Origin: Escherichia phage vB-Eco-KMB40
Sequence record: OR539220.1
DNA length: 64,000 nucleotides
Direction: 5' to 3' (one strand)
Every line of letters starts with the position of its first letter. Within the stretch, counting starts at the first letter, position 1. A program made the position numbers and the translations under genes. Of this stretch, positions 8,086 to 18,048 are shown in pieces. The notes under the pieces were generated by a model. It searched no databases, had not been told where the DNA came from, and saw only the letters and a program-made list of their open reading frames with translations.

Positions 8086-9899
8086 TGGTGTTTAACCCTA
8101 TGCATGATTTCTTTATTTTTACCGAGATTAAATCCACGTTCGTTCGGATTTCCCAAATAACCACATGTTCTTCTTATTGTGTTCATCTTTTTAGGGTCAG
8201 TTTCTCCACAAATAGAACAAACAAATCCGTTTTCAGTAGGAGTCATTTCATGGGTACTTCCGCATGTAAAACATTTATCTACCGGCATATTAACACCAAA
8301 ATAATCTAAATGTTGTGCAGCATAATCCCAGACAGCCTCAAGACCCTTTAAATTGTTTTTCATATCTGGAAGTTCAACATAAGAAATGTGACCGCCTGTC
8401 GCAATGAAATGATAAGGCGCTTCACGAGAAATCTTTTCAAACGGAGTAATATTTTCTTCTACTGAAACGTGGAAACTGTTAGTGTACCAGCCTTTATCGG
8501 TAACATCTTTTACACTTCCATATTTTTCTGTATCAAGTTTACAGAAGCGATAACAAAGGTTTTCAGCAGGAGTCGAATATAAACTAAAAGCAAATCCGGT
8601 TCTTTCAGTCCACTGCTTAAGACGAGCATTCATTTTAGTTAAAATTTCTTGTCCAATATCACGACCGACAAGAATATTCAATTCATGAATACCAATGTAT
8701 CCTAAAGACACTGAACTTCTACCGCTTTTAAATAACTCAATTATATCATCATCAGGTTTAAGACGAACCCCGAATGCACCTTCTTGGTAAAGAATAGGAG
8801 CAACAGTCGCTTTAACTCCTTTTAAAGAACTAATTCTACACATCAAAGCTTCAAAACATAAATCCATTCGCTCATTGAACAATTCGATAAATTTCTGTTC
8901 ATTGAACTGTGTTCCAATATAAGAATCTAATGCGATACGAGGAAGATTCAGTGTTACAACACCGAGATTATTACGTCCATCAAGAATTTCATTACCAGTC
9001 GAATCTTTCCATACACCCAAGAAACTACGGCAACCCATTGGAGAAACAGGAATAGATGAACCTGTGATAGCTTTATTGTTCTTAGCCGAAATGATGTCAG
9101 GATACATTCTTTTGCTTGCACACTCTAGAGCAAGCTGCTTAATATCATAGTTCGGGTCGTCTTTATAAAGATTAACACCTTCTTCAACGAACATAACAAG
9201 CTTAGGGAAAATAGGAGTTATCCCATCACGACCAAGACCTTTAATACGATTTTTCAGAATTGCTTTCTGAATCATTCGTTCAGTCCAGTCAGTTCCCGTA
9301 CCAAATGTAATTGTTACAAAAGGAGTCTGTCCGTTTGAACTAAAGAGAGTATTTACTTCATATTCATAAGCTTGGAATGCATCGTATACATCTTTTTCTG
9401 TTTTAGATTGAGCATAATTCAACGCGTCAGTGATTTGCCATTTTTCTGCGTCCTCAATATGTTTTGCATAGGTGCGTTTAACATAAGGAGAAAGTACTTT
9501 ATCTACATTTGCAAAAGTCGTTCCGCCATATTGATGGGAAGCAACCTGTGCAGTAATTTGTGCCATAATTGCAGTAGCAACACCGATTGATTTAGGAGTT
9601 TCAATCTGTGCATTACCGAGCTTAAATCCGTTTTCAAGCATTCCTTTTAAATCTACTAAACAACAATTAGTAAATGGAAGAGCAGGGGAATAATCAATAT
9701 CGTGGAAATGGATAATTCCGCTTTCATGCGCTTTCATAATAAAAGACGGGACCATATTTTTGGCAATGTGTTTAGACACAATACCAGCCATAAGGTCCCG
9801 TTGAGTTGGAAAAACACGAGAATCTTTATTAGCATTCTCGTTTAAAAGGTCTTTATTAGTTTTATGAATCAATCCTTCAATTTCTTTTTCAATTGTCAT
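8082..9899 (-). CDS. nrdD: anaerobic ribonucleoside-triphosphate reductase NrdD (glycyl radical enzyme), uninterrupted
   Basis: 605 aa; C-terminal glycyl-radical motif RRTCGYLG and Zn ribbon CFTCGS...CSICG; single continuous frame. Confidence 0.95.
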   Translation of the reverse strand: MTIEKEIEGLIHKTNKDLLNENANKDSRVFPTQRDLMAGIVSKHIAKNMVPSFIMKAHESGIIHFHDIDYSPALPFTNCCLVDLKGMLENGFKLGNAQIETPKSIGVATAIMAQITAQVASHQYGGTTFANVDKVLSPYVKRTYAKHIEDAEKWQITDALNYAQSKTEKDVYDAFQAYEYEVNTLFSSNGQTPFVTITFGTGTDWTERMIQKAILKNRIKGLGRDGITPIFPKLVMFVEEGVNLYKDDPNYDIKQLALECASKRMYPDIISAKNNKAITGSSIPVSPMGCRSFLGVWKDSTGNEILDGRNNLGVVTLNLPRIALDSYIGTQFNEQKFIELFNERMDLCFEALMCRISSLKGVKATVAPILYQEGAFGVRLKPDDDIIELFKSGRSSVSLGYIGIHELNILVGRDIGQEILTKMNARLKQWTERTGFAFSLYSTPAENLCYRFCKLDTEKYGSVKDVTDKGWYTNSFHVSVEENITPFEKISREAPYHFIATGGHISYVELPDMKNNLKGLEAVWDYAAQHLDYFGVNMPVDKCFTCGSTHEMTPTENGFVCSICGETDPKKMNTIRRTCGYLGNPNERGFNLGKNKEIMHRVKHQ

Positions 9900-10369
9900 T
9901 TTAAACTCTTTCTAAGCTGCTTCTTGAATGAAGCTATTAATTGTGTTTTGGTGTCAGATTCATTATATTCAAATCCTCTTTGAAGCATCTCAGCCATCAT
10001 TTCCTCTTTTCCTAAACGAGAAAATTCCTTTGATTTATCTCCAACGAAGTTAGGGTGAATATTATTTTGGGTGTAATCGGATTTTAAATAAGTAAGTAAA
10101 TTTTCTAACCATTCAAGATAATCAACCCCTTGTCCCTTTAAGCCAGAACGATTAAATTTATGCTTCATTTGACCTTCTGCGGCATTGCAGAGATTACAAA
10201 GCAATCCACGTACCTTTCCTGCTTTTGGTCCATTTAATTCATGGTCATGGTCGAGGTGATTAGCTTGAACATCAGGATTTAGTTCTCGTTGGCAAATTAA
10301 GCATTTACCGTTTTGTGCATCATAAAATTTCTGTTTTTCTTCTTTATATAATTTGCCAGTCAATAACAT
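9896..10369 (-). CDS. 49: endonuclease VII (Holliday junction resolvase) gp49
   Basis: 157 aa; CLICQ...HLDHDH...CNLCN zinc/HNH-like motifs; length as T4 gp49. Confidence 0.9.
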   Translation of the reverse strand: MLLTGKLYKEEKQKFYDAQNGKCLICQRELNPDVQANHLDHDHELNGPKAGKVRGLLCNLCNAAEGQMKHKFNRSGLKGQGVDYLEWLENLLTYLKSDYTQNNIHPNFVGDKSKEFSRLGKEEMMAEMLQRGFEYNESDTKTQLIASFKKQLRKSLK

Positions 10370-10411
10370 AATAAAACCCTTACCTTAAATAGATAAGGGT
10401 ATTTATTATTT

Positions 10412-10915
10412 TCAAGTATTGTAAAACATTTGATTCAATCGCTTATATTGCCGAATCTTTTGGTCAGAAAAAGAAATTTGGGTTTCAAGCCATTCAATAT
10501 ATTCTGCCGCAGCTTGCATCAAATTTCCTTCATAGCCATCGTTATTTTCTTGTGCAGCTAATTTAGCTAATGCGTATGAAATACGTTCACCTTGAAAATC
10601 AGCTTTAGGCTTCTGAACAACTTGATTAGTTCGCTCTACAACTTCTTCAATTTCGCCATTTTCAACGGATTCAGTATTCCATAAGCACCAATACGTAATT
10701 GGCTTATCATAGATATTAATAATCTTTCCGTCGGAAAGTTCAATTTCAATAATTCCAGTATCAGGCTCTATATCATCTTCACATTCTTTTGCAAGTTCAC
10801 GAACTTTAAAGACAGCACCTGCGCTAAGTTCCGGCCAGTAATTACACAGCCCTGTATCAGCACGATTAATTCTAAACCACTTATCTACTGTAATCATGTC
10901 CCATCTCCATATCAA
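10412..10915 (-). CDS. hypothetical protein (167 aa); positional equivalent of T4 pin
   Basis: ORF track; first ORF upstream of gene 49; assignment by position only. Confidence 0.35.
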   Translation of the reverse strand: MIWRWDMITVDKWFRINRADTGLCNYWPELSAGAVFKVRELAKECEDDIEPDTGIIEIELSDGKIINIYDKPITYWCLWNTESVENGEIEEVVERTNQVVQKPKADFQGERISYALAKLAAQENNDGYEGNLMQAAAEYIEWLETQISFSDQKIRQYKRLNQMFYNT

Positions 10916-11020
10916 TTAAGTCATTTATCGTTGGTTCATTATATACTGTTTCTTCATCAGTGTAAACCGGTTCTTCCGGCTCTGGCTCTACAGTTTCCCA
11001 TCTAGCCGCCCACCAAGGTT

Positions 11021-11341
11021 TTATAGCGTAATCCATTCTCGTACTGTCTGAGTTACTACACGTTCATGGGGCTCTACTAGTTCAACAGTCGGAACTGCAT
11101 AATACCAGTCAGAATGATAAGAACCTGACCGAGATTCATTTACAGCCACATGTACATTATGTTTTGGACTAAAGTAAACACACTGACGATATTGACATTT
11201 ACCATCTTGCACCCAGTCTTCTATTTCGACAGGTTTAAGATAATCGGAAAAATCGAAATCATAGTTTTCCGAAAATGCATCATGGTCTTCAATGATTTCG
11301 CTCAGAACTGCATCAACATCTAATTTATTTTCAATAGTCAT
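11021..11341 (-). CDS. hypothetical acidic protein (106 aa)
   Basis: ORF track. Confidence 0.4.
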   Translation of the reverse strand: MTIENKLDVDAVLSEIIEDHDAFSENYDFDFSDYLKPVEIEDWVQDGKCQYRQCVYFSPKHNVHVAVNESRSGSYHSDWYYAVPTVELVEPHERVVTQTVREWITL

Positions 11342-11351
11342 TTTTCACCAA

Positions 11352-11561
11352 TTAATTTCGCAATTTATTAAGTTCTTCATCATCAATCCAGGATTCTAGT
11401 CCTGATGGCAGGTCACATTCAATTTCCCAAAGAAGTTCTTCAATTTTCTGAAGACGATCTAGTTCTTCAGCAGGAATAGTAACCATCGACGGAGCTCTTG
11501 CTACATTAATATCGTAAATCATATTTACCCCAGTTTGACCATACAATCGCCGTATTTCCAC
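11352..11561 (-). CDS. hypothetical small protein (69 aa)
   Basis: ORF track. Confidence 0.4.
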   Translation of the reverse strand: MEIRRLYGQTGVNMIYDINVARAPSMVTIPAEELDRLQKIEELLWEIECDLPSGLESWIDDEELNKLRN

Positions 11562-11740
11562 TTAGAAATAGACTTTTCACCGTTAGAATAATAAACTTCA
11601 AGTTTAGCACGATTATTTTTAATTTGAATAACCTTTGCCGTCATCAAAGTTCCATACCCATAATAAACTGCAACTTCATCACCTACATATACCGCGCTTC
11701 CGCGGTAATCATGGATATAATCAGTTCCTTCGAGCATCAT
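11525..11740 (-). CDS. hypothetical small protein (71 aa)
   Basis: ORF track; ATGA overlap with nrdC. Confidence 0.4.
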   Translation of the reverse strand: MMLEGTDYIHDYRGSAVYVGDEVAVYYGYGTLMTAKVIQIKNNRAKLEVYYSNGEKSISKWKYGDCMVKLG

Positions 11741-12000
11741 TTAAAATATTCTCGCAGTTGGTCAAATCCACCAATATGACTTCCATCAGGAGCAAATACC
11801 TGAGGCATTGTCAAGCCGATTTGAGTATCACGACCTAGTTTAGTCAGAAGCTCAGCGATTTTCTCATCATCAAAAACACCTTTTTCCGGCATAATGTTGA
11901 TAAATTCAAACGGCTGTTTCTTCACGGTCAAAAGACGTTTTGCATTATCGCAATACACACATTTATGAATGTTGCTATCATAACCATATACTTTAAACAT
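11737..12000 (-). CDS. nrdC: thioredoxin/glutaredoxin NrdC
   Basis: 87 aa; CVYC active-site motif; length as T4 NrdC. Confidence 0.85.
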   Translation of the reverse strand: MFKVYGYDSNIHKCVYCDNAKRLLTVKKQPFEFINIMPEKGVFDDEKIAELLTKLGRDTQIGLTMPQVFAPDGSHIGGFDQLREYFK

Positions 12001-12001
12001 A

Positions 12002-12244
12002 TTATTCCTTAATTCCTAGTACTTGTTTAAAAGTCTCGTCGTAATCAAGACTTTGACCCGTTTGTTCTTTATGTTTGTATATAATATCACTTACTTCTGA
12101 TAGCATATTTTTATATGAACGAGTTAAAGCAGATTTAAGCACGCTGTATCTATAAGGAAATTTACCATGTTCATTATAATAAGCTATTGCTAATTCACGG
12201 ACTGCCTTTTCAGCAGCCTCCATATATTCTTTACGCTTGGTCAT
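12002..12244 (-). CDS. hypothetical protein (80 aa)
   Basis: ORF track. Confidence 0.4.
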   Translation of the reverse strand: MTKRKEYMEAAEKAVRELAIAYYNEHGKFPYRYSVLKSALTRSYKNMLSEVSDIIYKHKEQTGQSLDYDETFKQVLGIKE

Positions 12245-12246
12245 TT

Positions 12247-12636
12247 TTAATCCAAAATATTATTAGGCATTGGTTGAACACTCACAAGTTCTTTAAAGAA
12301 CTCAGTAGAGTCAGGCAATTTAACCATTTCCGGAGCATGCTTACTGAATTTATGTTTACATTGACGGCATTTATATTCAAGCTCTGGTTTACGCCAGTTA
12401 ATCAATTGAACTTGTTCAGTACCGCATTCAGGGCAATTAGGAACGTTTTTAGAAGCTCTTTCACGTCGTTCAACCATAGCCATAATAGCATCCCATGCTG
12501 GAGGTTTAAAATCTAAATCGTCGCAGCCGTGAATCTTTCCACGCATTTCCATATCATCTTCCTCACCAGCCATAATAATTTTAATTAGACTAGAATTACT
12601 TGAAGCTGCAATGTCTTCTAATAAACGCTTTTTCAT
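12247..12636 (-). CDS. hypothetical protein with C-terminal zinc ribbon (129 aa)
   Basis: CPECG...CRQCKH four-Cys motif. Confidence 0.45.
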   Translation of the reverse strand: MKKRLLEDIAASSNSSLIKIIMAGEEDDMEMRGKIHGCDDLDFKPPAWDAIMAMVERRERASKNVPNCPECGTEQVQLINWRKPELEYKCRQCKHKFSKHAPEMVKLPDSTEFFKELVSVQPMPNNILD

Positions 12637-13562
12637 TTCAATACCTCAATAGCATTACGTAAACCATTTGCTTTGGCGGTTAAAGCCTTAAGAACTTTAG
12701 TATGCTCTTCAATTTGTTTTTCAACTTCAGCCAAACGGGCATTGAGATATTCACGTTCTTCACTCAGATTATCAACCTTTTCTACTTTAGGCTCTTTTAC
12801 AACTGTCTTATATGTATTAGGGTTCTTCAGTTTAATTAGAATGCGTGAACTGTATAACATTGAACCATTATCTTCGGTTTCGTCATACATTTCCACTACG
12901 TCCATAATTTTTAACATCATGCGGAGTTTATAAGACAACGAACGAATAGTTTTGTTGTGCTTATTAATTTCTTTAGCTGTCATGGCGCCAAGATTACGTG
13001 AGTAATAATAAGGAACCTGGATATTAATTAATACTGATGAACCACCTGGCTTGTGTGTTACTTCATCAGCAATAACCCAGTCCTTAACATGAACTGTATT
13101 TGTACGGTCATCGCCTGCAGTAAACAGCTTGCGAGCATGCTTAAAAAGCATATTCACTTGGTCATTGAATTGACAAGCAAATTTATCAGCAAATTTAGTT
13201 TCAGGAATGGTAGATAACCAATCAGCCAAATGGGTCTTTTTAACATCGTTAACAATAGTAAATTCAACCAAATCAGTTATAGATGTCGCAGATTTAATGA
13301 AGCTCGGCTTCATAAAGTTTTTAATGTTATCACGAGCTACAGTAGAAGATAACATACGAGAACGTTTAAACCATTCAAGCAAATTGCCTAACGAATGAGA
13401 ATAAGCGTTTTGAGTATCTTTACAGATATGATTTTCCTGACCAACATATTGAAGGAAATCACGAAGAATATTATTGATTACTGCTCTGTGCCCGATCTGA
13501 TAATTACGGTGTTTAGTAATAAGACTGTCAAAATAATCAATATAATGTTTACGAGTTTTCAT
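12633..13562 (-). CDS. hypothetical protein (309 aa) with C-terminal coiled coil; first of four similar tandem genes
   Basis: ORF track; N-terminus MKTRK; C-terminal ~45 aa heptad-like segment. Confidence 0.5.
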   Translation of the reverse strand: MKTRKHYIDYFDSLITKHRNYQIGHRAVINNILRDFLQYVGQENHICKDTQNAYSHSLGNLLEWFKRSRMLSSTVARDNIKNFMKPSFIKSATSITDLVEFTIVNDVKKTHLADWLSTIPETKFADKFACQFNDQVNMLFKHARKLFTAGDDRTNTVHVKDWVIADEVTHKPGGSSVLINIQVPYYYSRNLGAMTAKEINKHNKTIRSLSYKLRMMLKIMDVVEMYDETEDNGSMLYSSRILIKLKNPNTYKTVVKEPKVEKVDNLSEEREYLNARLAEVEKQIEEHTKVLKALTAKANGLRNAIEVLK

Positions 13563-13614
13563 GTTCTTCTCACTTGGTTAATGATTTATACTCCGAGCCA
13601 TCCTTGGCTTTAAA

Positions 13615-14613
13615 TTACTTAATTAACTGTAAAGCTTGTTCCAGACGATCCAAGCGATTGACAGATTCTTCCCAAATCTTTTTAGCCTGCTCATATTCTT
13701 TCTGCGCTTTATTAGAAATTTCTAGAACTTCTTTATAAGCTTTTTCTAGTGCAATAACTTCTGGACGAATTTCTACCGGTTCAGGTGAATCATCAAGATT
13801 ATCCATTAGTTCCTCAAGGGTAGTTTCTTCTTTAGGAGTATTCACAATTTCATCACATTTTTGTTGATAAATTTCTTTATCAGTAGGTGAGTACGCGCAC
13901 TTTACTTCACGAAGACTAATTACAATTTTATATCCTTCCCATCCGCATATATTCTTAAAAGGATATGTATGAATATTTTCTACTGTTTCCATACAAAGTA
14001 ATGCAGTCTCTAACTGACGAGTTATAGTGCTAGCAATTGAGAAAAATTTATTAATATTCTTTTGGTTAGCGTTTGGTGTAAAAAATCCATAATTCACAAA
14101 AATAGCTACTTTATTTTCATCAAGCTCATATTCTTTTACGATAATCATATCAGAAGCCAAAGGATGAATTTGACGATAATCGCCATAACATAATTTAGAA
14201 GCTGATTTTAGAATTTGTCCTTTGAAAAGTCTGAAATTACTAATCCAACGACGAGTAAAAATATTCTCAGGGTCTTCTTTATTAAGATGATAAGAATTAA
14301 CATCACCAAACCAATTATATCCTACTACATCTTTAGTTCGTTTAATTTCTTTCCCAAATTTACTAAGAATATCTCTGTTGACTAAGTATGAAAGAAGACG
14401 AGACCCTTTAAAGGTTTTCTTAATGTCATCTTTATCTGTACGACTAGAAATTTCACGAACTTCATGAATAAATTTACTGGAAGAAACAATACTTGCATCA
14501 ATACTGCTGAGCCATTGATTGATAATAGAAAGAACAGCGTTCTGACTAGACATGGGTTTAACTTTATCATCAATAACGCTATTGAATGATTTGATATATT
14601 CGTTACGAGTCAT
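13615..14613 (-). CDS. hypothetical protein (332 aa from ATG at 14613) with C-terminal coiled coil
   Basis: Track ORF extends into promoter; GAGGAG SD before MTRNEY start; own early promoter. Confidence 0.5.
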   Translation of the reverse strand: MTRNEYIKSFNSVIDDKVKPMSSQNAVLSIINQWLSSIDASIVSSSKFIHEVREISSRTDKDDIKKTFKGSRLLSYLVNRDILSKFGKEIKRTKDVVGYNWFGDVNSYHLNKEDPENIFTRRWISNFRLFKGQILKSASKLCYGDYRQIHPLASDMIIVKEYELDENKVAIFVNYGFFTPNANQKNINKFFSIASTITRQLETALLCMETVENIHTYPFKNICGWEGYKIVISLREVKCAYSPTDKEIYQQKCDEIVNTPKEETTLEELMDNLDDSPEPVEIRPEVIALEKAYKEVLEISNKAQKEYEQAKKIWEESVNRLDRLEQALQLIK

Positions 14614-14641
14614 ATTAATCTCCTCAGTAGAAAGTAAGAAC

Positions 14642-14671
14642 ATTATACCACATCCTTGTGGTAAAGTAAAC
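14642..14671 (-). promoter_or_regulatory. T4-type early promoter (-35 GTTTACT, -10 TATAAT)
   Basis: Minus strand AGTTTACT-N17-TATAAT upstream of 13615..14613. Confidence 0.6.
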
Positions 14672-15690
14672 TAGTTTAGTGCGTTTAGTGCGTTGTTCAG
14701 TTTAGAACGTTGCTTCGTGAGATTTTTGACTTTTTCTTGTGCTTTTTCTAGCATCTTTTCAGCTTCTAACACTTCATTGGTCGCTTTAACGAGTTCATCA
14801 TCTACTGCCTTAAGGGACTTCTCAATCGCATCCGCGTGCCATTTTTCAACAGGTTTAAGACTCGGATTTTCAGTAGGAAGAAAATTCACTTTATTAAATT
14901 TCCATGCATCTTTATTACCTGAGCTATACATCCAAAATTTAGGATCGTTTGATGAGCAATTAGATAAATTTAAGTTATCTTGCACTTCCTGCTTTTTCTC
15001 TTGTATAACTTCGTCCTTTCTCAAAAAATCGTATTTAAATGAAACGATCATATCAAGTTCATACGTTGTTGTGTCTAATTTAAATCGTTCAAAACGAGGT
15101 AAAATCTTAGATTGAACAGCGGCAACAACATCCATATACTTAAATGCTTCTGTCAACTGTGATTTAAGGCATTCACAAATTGAAAGAGAATTTTTTGTAT
15201 TAGGTTTAAAGCTAATTCGTGCAGTTCTATTATTTTCTTTTAATGGTCTTACTTCCATCTGAAGAGTATAACCATCAAATTTCAGGTTCTTTAAGTTAAT
15301 GTCAGAACCTTTTAATCGACTAGCTGTCGACAAAATTTGCTTTAATTGTTTACGGAATAGAGCAATAAATCTCCATTCAAGACGGTAATGATTTGGATTA
15401 AAAAATCCTGTTGATAAATCAACCTTACTCTGACCAACGCCTTGAACAAATAGAGGATTTTTATAATCAATAGTTTTACAGAAATCGGTGAGCTGTTCAC
15501 GAGCAGTCATTTGCGTAATATATCCAGCTTTATCAAAATGTCGCAACCATTCACTGCTATTCATATACTTAAAGTGAATGGAACTATTAACTCTATCAGG
15601 GTCTAAATTATTTTGGCACAAAAATGTCATAACATTACGGGTATAGCTGGCATTACGAACCATATCTTCAATTTGAGAACGAGTTTTCAT
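14671..15690 (-). CDS. hypothetical protein (339 aa) with C-terminal coiled coil
   Basis: ORF track; N-terminus MKTRS resembles 12633..13562. Confidence 0.5.
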   Translation of the reverse strand: MKTRSQIEDMVRNASYTRNVMTFLCQNNLDPDRVNSSIHFKYMNSSEWLRHFDKAGYITQMTAREQLTDFCKTIDYKNPLFVQGVGQSKVDLSTGFFNPNHYRLEWRFIALFRKQLKQILSTASRLKGSDINLKNLKFDGYTLQMEVRPLKENNRTARISFKPNTKNSLSICECLKSQLTEAFKYMDVVAAVQSKILPRFERFKLDTTTYELDMIVSFKYDFLRKDEVIQEKKQEVQDNLNLSNCSSNDPKFWMYSSGNKDAWKFNKVNFLPTENPSLKPVEKWHADAIEKSLKAVDDELVKATNEVLEAEKMLEKAQEKVKNLTKQRSKLNNALNALN

Positions 15691-15698
15691 GGTATTCC

Positions 15699-16586
15699 TT
15701 AAGATTTAAGTAAATCAACAATTTTAATTAACTTTTCACGCTCAGATTTAGCTTTACTACTCAATCCAGATAGTCTAAAGATTTCATCGTCATATTGTTG
15801 AATAGAAATATTCAGCTCTTCAATTTGCTTATTAAAATAATCAATTTGCTCAGAATGTTTTTCGTTACTACGAACTGGTACAGGTTTTGTAGGCAATTTA
15901 GTTGAACTGGATTCATCCGGGCGATAAATTAAAATACAACTTGAACCAATTGGACATTTTGCACCAGATGAATATTCTAATGTTCCAGATTCTTTTAAAA
16001 CTTCAAAAGCTAAACAGAGATGATGACCCATATTGACATAATCAGTAGAGCGAGCTCTGATGTAATAATCATCTCCACGAGTACTAAATTTAAAGCATTT
16101 AAGGTCTTCTGTATTATTGGTCTTAAAAATCATTTGTTTATCTAGACCTTTAGCTAATCGAGCGCCTAATGCTAATAATCGTCGTTGATTTTCCCACAAA
16201 TATGCAATCATTTGGTCAAATGATAATTTTGGCATTAGTCGACCATAAAGGTCATATCCTTTATTATAATTACGAAGAATTTCACTCGCATTAATACGAG
16301 ACAATGCTCCAATTTTATTAAGGGCTTTCATGATGCGATTAGATAAACTCATTCCAGATCCGTTTGTTCGCTGTAAATGTTTTTCTAATCCAAATCCAAT
16401 ATCAACTTTAAATTTATCTAAAATTTCAGCATGAACATCTCTGTCAATAACATTCAAATCCAAAGTTGGGTTAAATCTATGAAAAAATTTATCTGGCTCT
16501 CCACGACGAAGTACAGTCCATTCATTCAATTTTTTATTAACTAAAGATTTAATTACTGTATTGACATTATTAATTACTACTGACAT
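15699..16586 (-). CDS. hypothetical protein (295 aa from ATG at 16586) with C-terminal coiled coil
   Basis: GAGGAAAAT SD before MSVVINN start. Confidence 0.5.
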   Translation of the reverse strand: MSVVINNVNTVIKSLVNKKLNEWTVLRRGEPDKFFHRFNPTLDLNVIDRDVHAEILDKFKVDIGFGLEKHLQRTNGSGMSLSNRIMKALNKIGALSRINASEILRNYNKGYDLYGRLMPKLSFDQMIAYLWENQRRLLALGARLAKGLDKQMIFKTNNTEDLKCFKFSTRGDDYYIRARSTDYVNMGHHLCLAFEVLKESGTLEYSSGAKCPIGSSCILIYRPDESSSTKLPTKPVPVRSNEKHSEQIDYFNKQIEELNISIQQYDDEIFRLSGLSSKAKSEREKLIKIVDLLKS

Positions 16587-16593
16587 ATTTTCC

Positions 16594-17001
16594 TCACTCA
16601 ATTTCAATTTTACTAAATACACAGAATATGATGGAAAAGACTATATAAGCACCGCATACAGATTGAACTAATACCATTCCAAAGAACCAAACGATATTAT
16701 CAAACAATGTCTGTTTTACGTCGAAAGGACGTAAACTTACAGTAATATTATCACCTTTTTCTATTGAAGAATACATCTCTGGGGAAATATATTCACTAAA
16801 TCTATAACCGTCTTTGAGTTCATATACGGCAATAAACGATAAACTAGACCCCTTTCCTTGAGTTCCTGTAAGGGTATTAACTACAGTAACATCATAATCT
16901 TTATAATGCATATAATCATTAATAGCATAATAACCATATGCAACTACTATACATAAACAACATATCAATAAATTCAATCTTTTAATTATCAACTGTTTCA
17001 T
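16594..17001 (-). CDS. membrane protein (135 aa; N- and C-terminal hydrophobic segments)
   Basis: ORF track; LLICCLCIVVAYGYY and IVWFFGMVLVQSVCGAYIVFSIIFCVF. Confidence 0.5.
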   Translation of the reverse strand: MKQLIIKRLNLLICCLCIVVAYGYYAINDYMHYKDYDVTVVNTLTGTQGKGSSLSFIAVYELKDGYRFSEYISPEMYSSIEKGDNITVSLRPFDVKQTLFDNIVWFFGMVLVQSVCGAYIVFSIIFCVFSKIEIE

Positions 17002-17056
17002 AATAATCTCAATTAAAAGGGCTTAGAACCATTATACCATCCTTGGTATAAAGCGG

Positions 17057-17584
17057 TTATGCGAGTACCGTCTTTAACCGTTCTTCAAACTTCCGAAGAG
17101 TATTTTGGCGTTCAGCTCTTTGCTTTTTGTAAGTTTCAATACGCTCTGAAATGAGAGTGTATCGTTCATTTACTGATTCTTTCATAAAATCAGGAATTTC
17201 ACGAGAAGCTTTAATCTCATCAAATTTATCAATAACAGCTTGCTCTTCAGCAATTAAGTTATCATACATTAAAATATCTTTCTTGATGAACTCAATATCT
17301 TCTTGAGTTACACGAGATAATTTAGATGCTTTATCCTTTTTGTACTGTTCGTTAGTATCACGAGACCAGTGTAATGTACGATTTTTATTCGTATTTTTGT
17401 AAATTTCTACAATACCAATTTCATCAATAATAACGATCCAATTCCAACGGGATTTGTAAATTTGTCCTCCATCAACAGTGATTTCACCTCCGATTGAGAT
17501 GTCATTAAAGAACTTGCTTTGTGCTTCAGATTTAAATTTACCATCGTTGTAATTTACCAGGTTGAAAATATCTTTAGCATTCAT
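17057..17584 (-). CDS. hypothetical protein (175 aa from ATG at 17584)
   Basis: Track ORF N-terminal extension is translation of the promoter; GGAGGAACAC SD before MNAKDIF. Confidence 0.5.
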   Translation of the reverse strand: MNAKDIFNLVNYNDGKFKSEAQSKFFNDISIGGEITVDGGQIYKSRWNWIVIIDEIGIVEIYKNTNKNRTLHWSRDTNEQYKKDKASKLSRVTQEDIEFIKKDILMYDNLIAEEQAVIDKFDEIKASREIPDFMKESVNERYTLISERIETYKKQRAERQNTLRKFEERLKTVLA

Positions 17585-17611
17585 TTTGTGTTCCTCCGTA
17601 GTTGATAGTTG

Positions 17612-17641
17612 TATAGTACCACAGAGGAACAGTCTTGTAAA
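17612..17641 (-). promoter_or_regulatory. T4-type early promoter (-35 GTTTACA, -10 TACTAT)
   Basis: Repeat element gttgatagttgtatagtac (plus strand) shared with promoters at 19052, 22868 and 34516. Confidence 0.6.
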
Positions 17642-17644
17642 CAA

Positions 17645-17959
17645 CTAAAAGAAACTTCTTTCACAATTTTTTCCACTAAACCATGCGCTGACCGCTTTCT
17701 TAGTCTCAGGAGCAGTGTTATCCATAAACCATTCAAAGGCAGCCTTTTTATGATTCTGGAGGGCTTCTCGGGCTTTAATCTGCTCACGGTCTATTAACAC
17801 TAACATATGAGCCTTTCTTGTCACCAAGGGCTTCTTATGATTTTTTGAATACTCCCAATCATTTGTCCATCGCATCGTTGTTGCGAACTGAAATACTGCT
17901 TCTTTAATTTTAGTTTCGTAAATTTCACGAGCCTTTGAGTATAACATCATTACCTCCAT
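17645..17959 (-). CDS. hypothetical protein (104 aa)
   Basis: ORF track; GGAGG SD. Confidence 0.45.
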   Translation of the reverse strand: MEVMMLYSKAREIYETKIKEAVFQFATTMRWTNDWEYSKNHKKPLVTRKAHMLVLIDREQIKAREALQNHKKAAFEWFMDNTAPETKKAVSAWFSGKNCERSFF

Positions 17960-18048
17960 TTACCAGTTTAATTCTAGTCATCTTTTTAATGGCAGTCCAT
18001 ATAATCTATTTCTGAACTGCCTTTTTGTCATAGAAGGCCTCTTATGAA

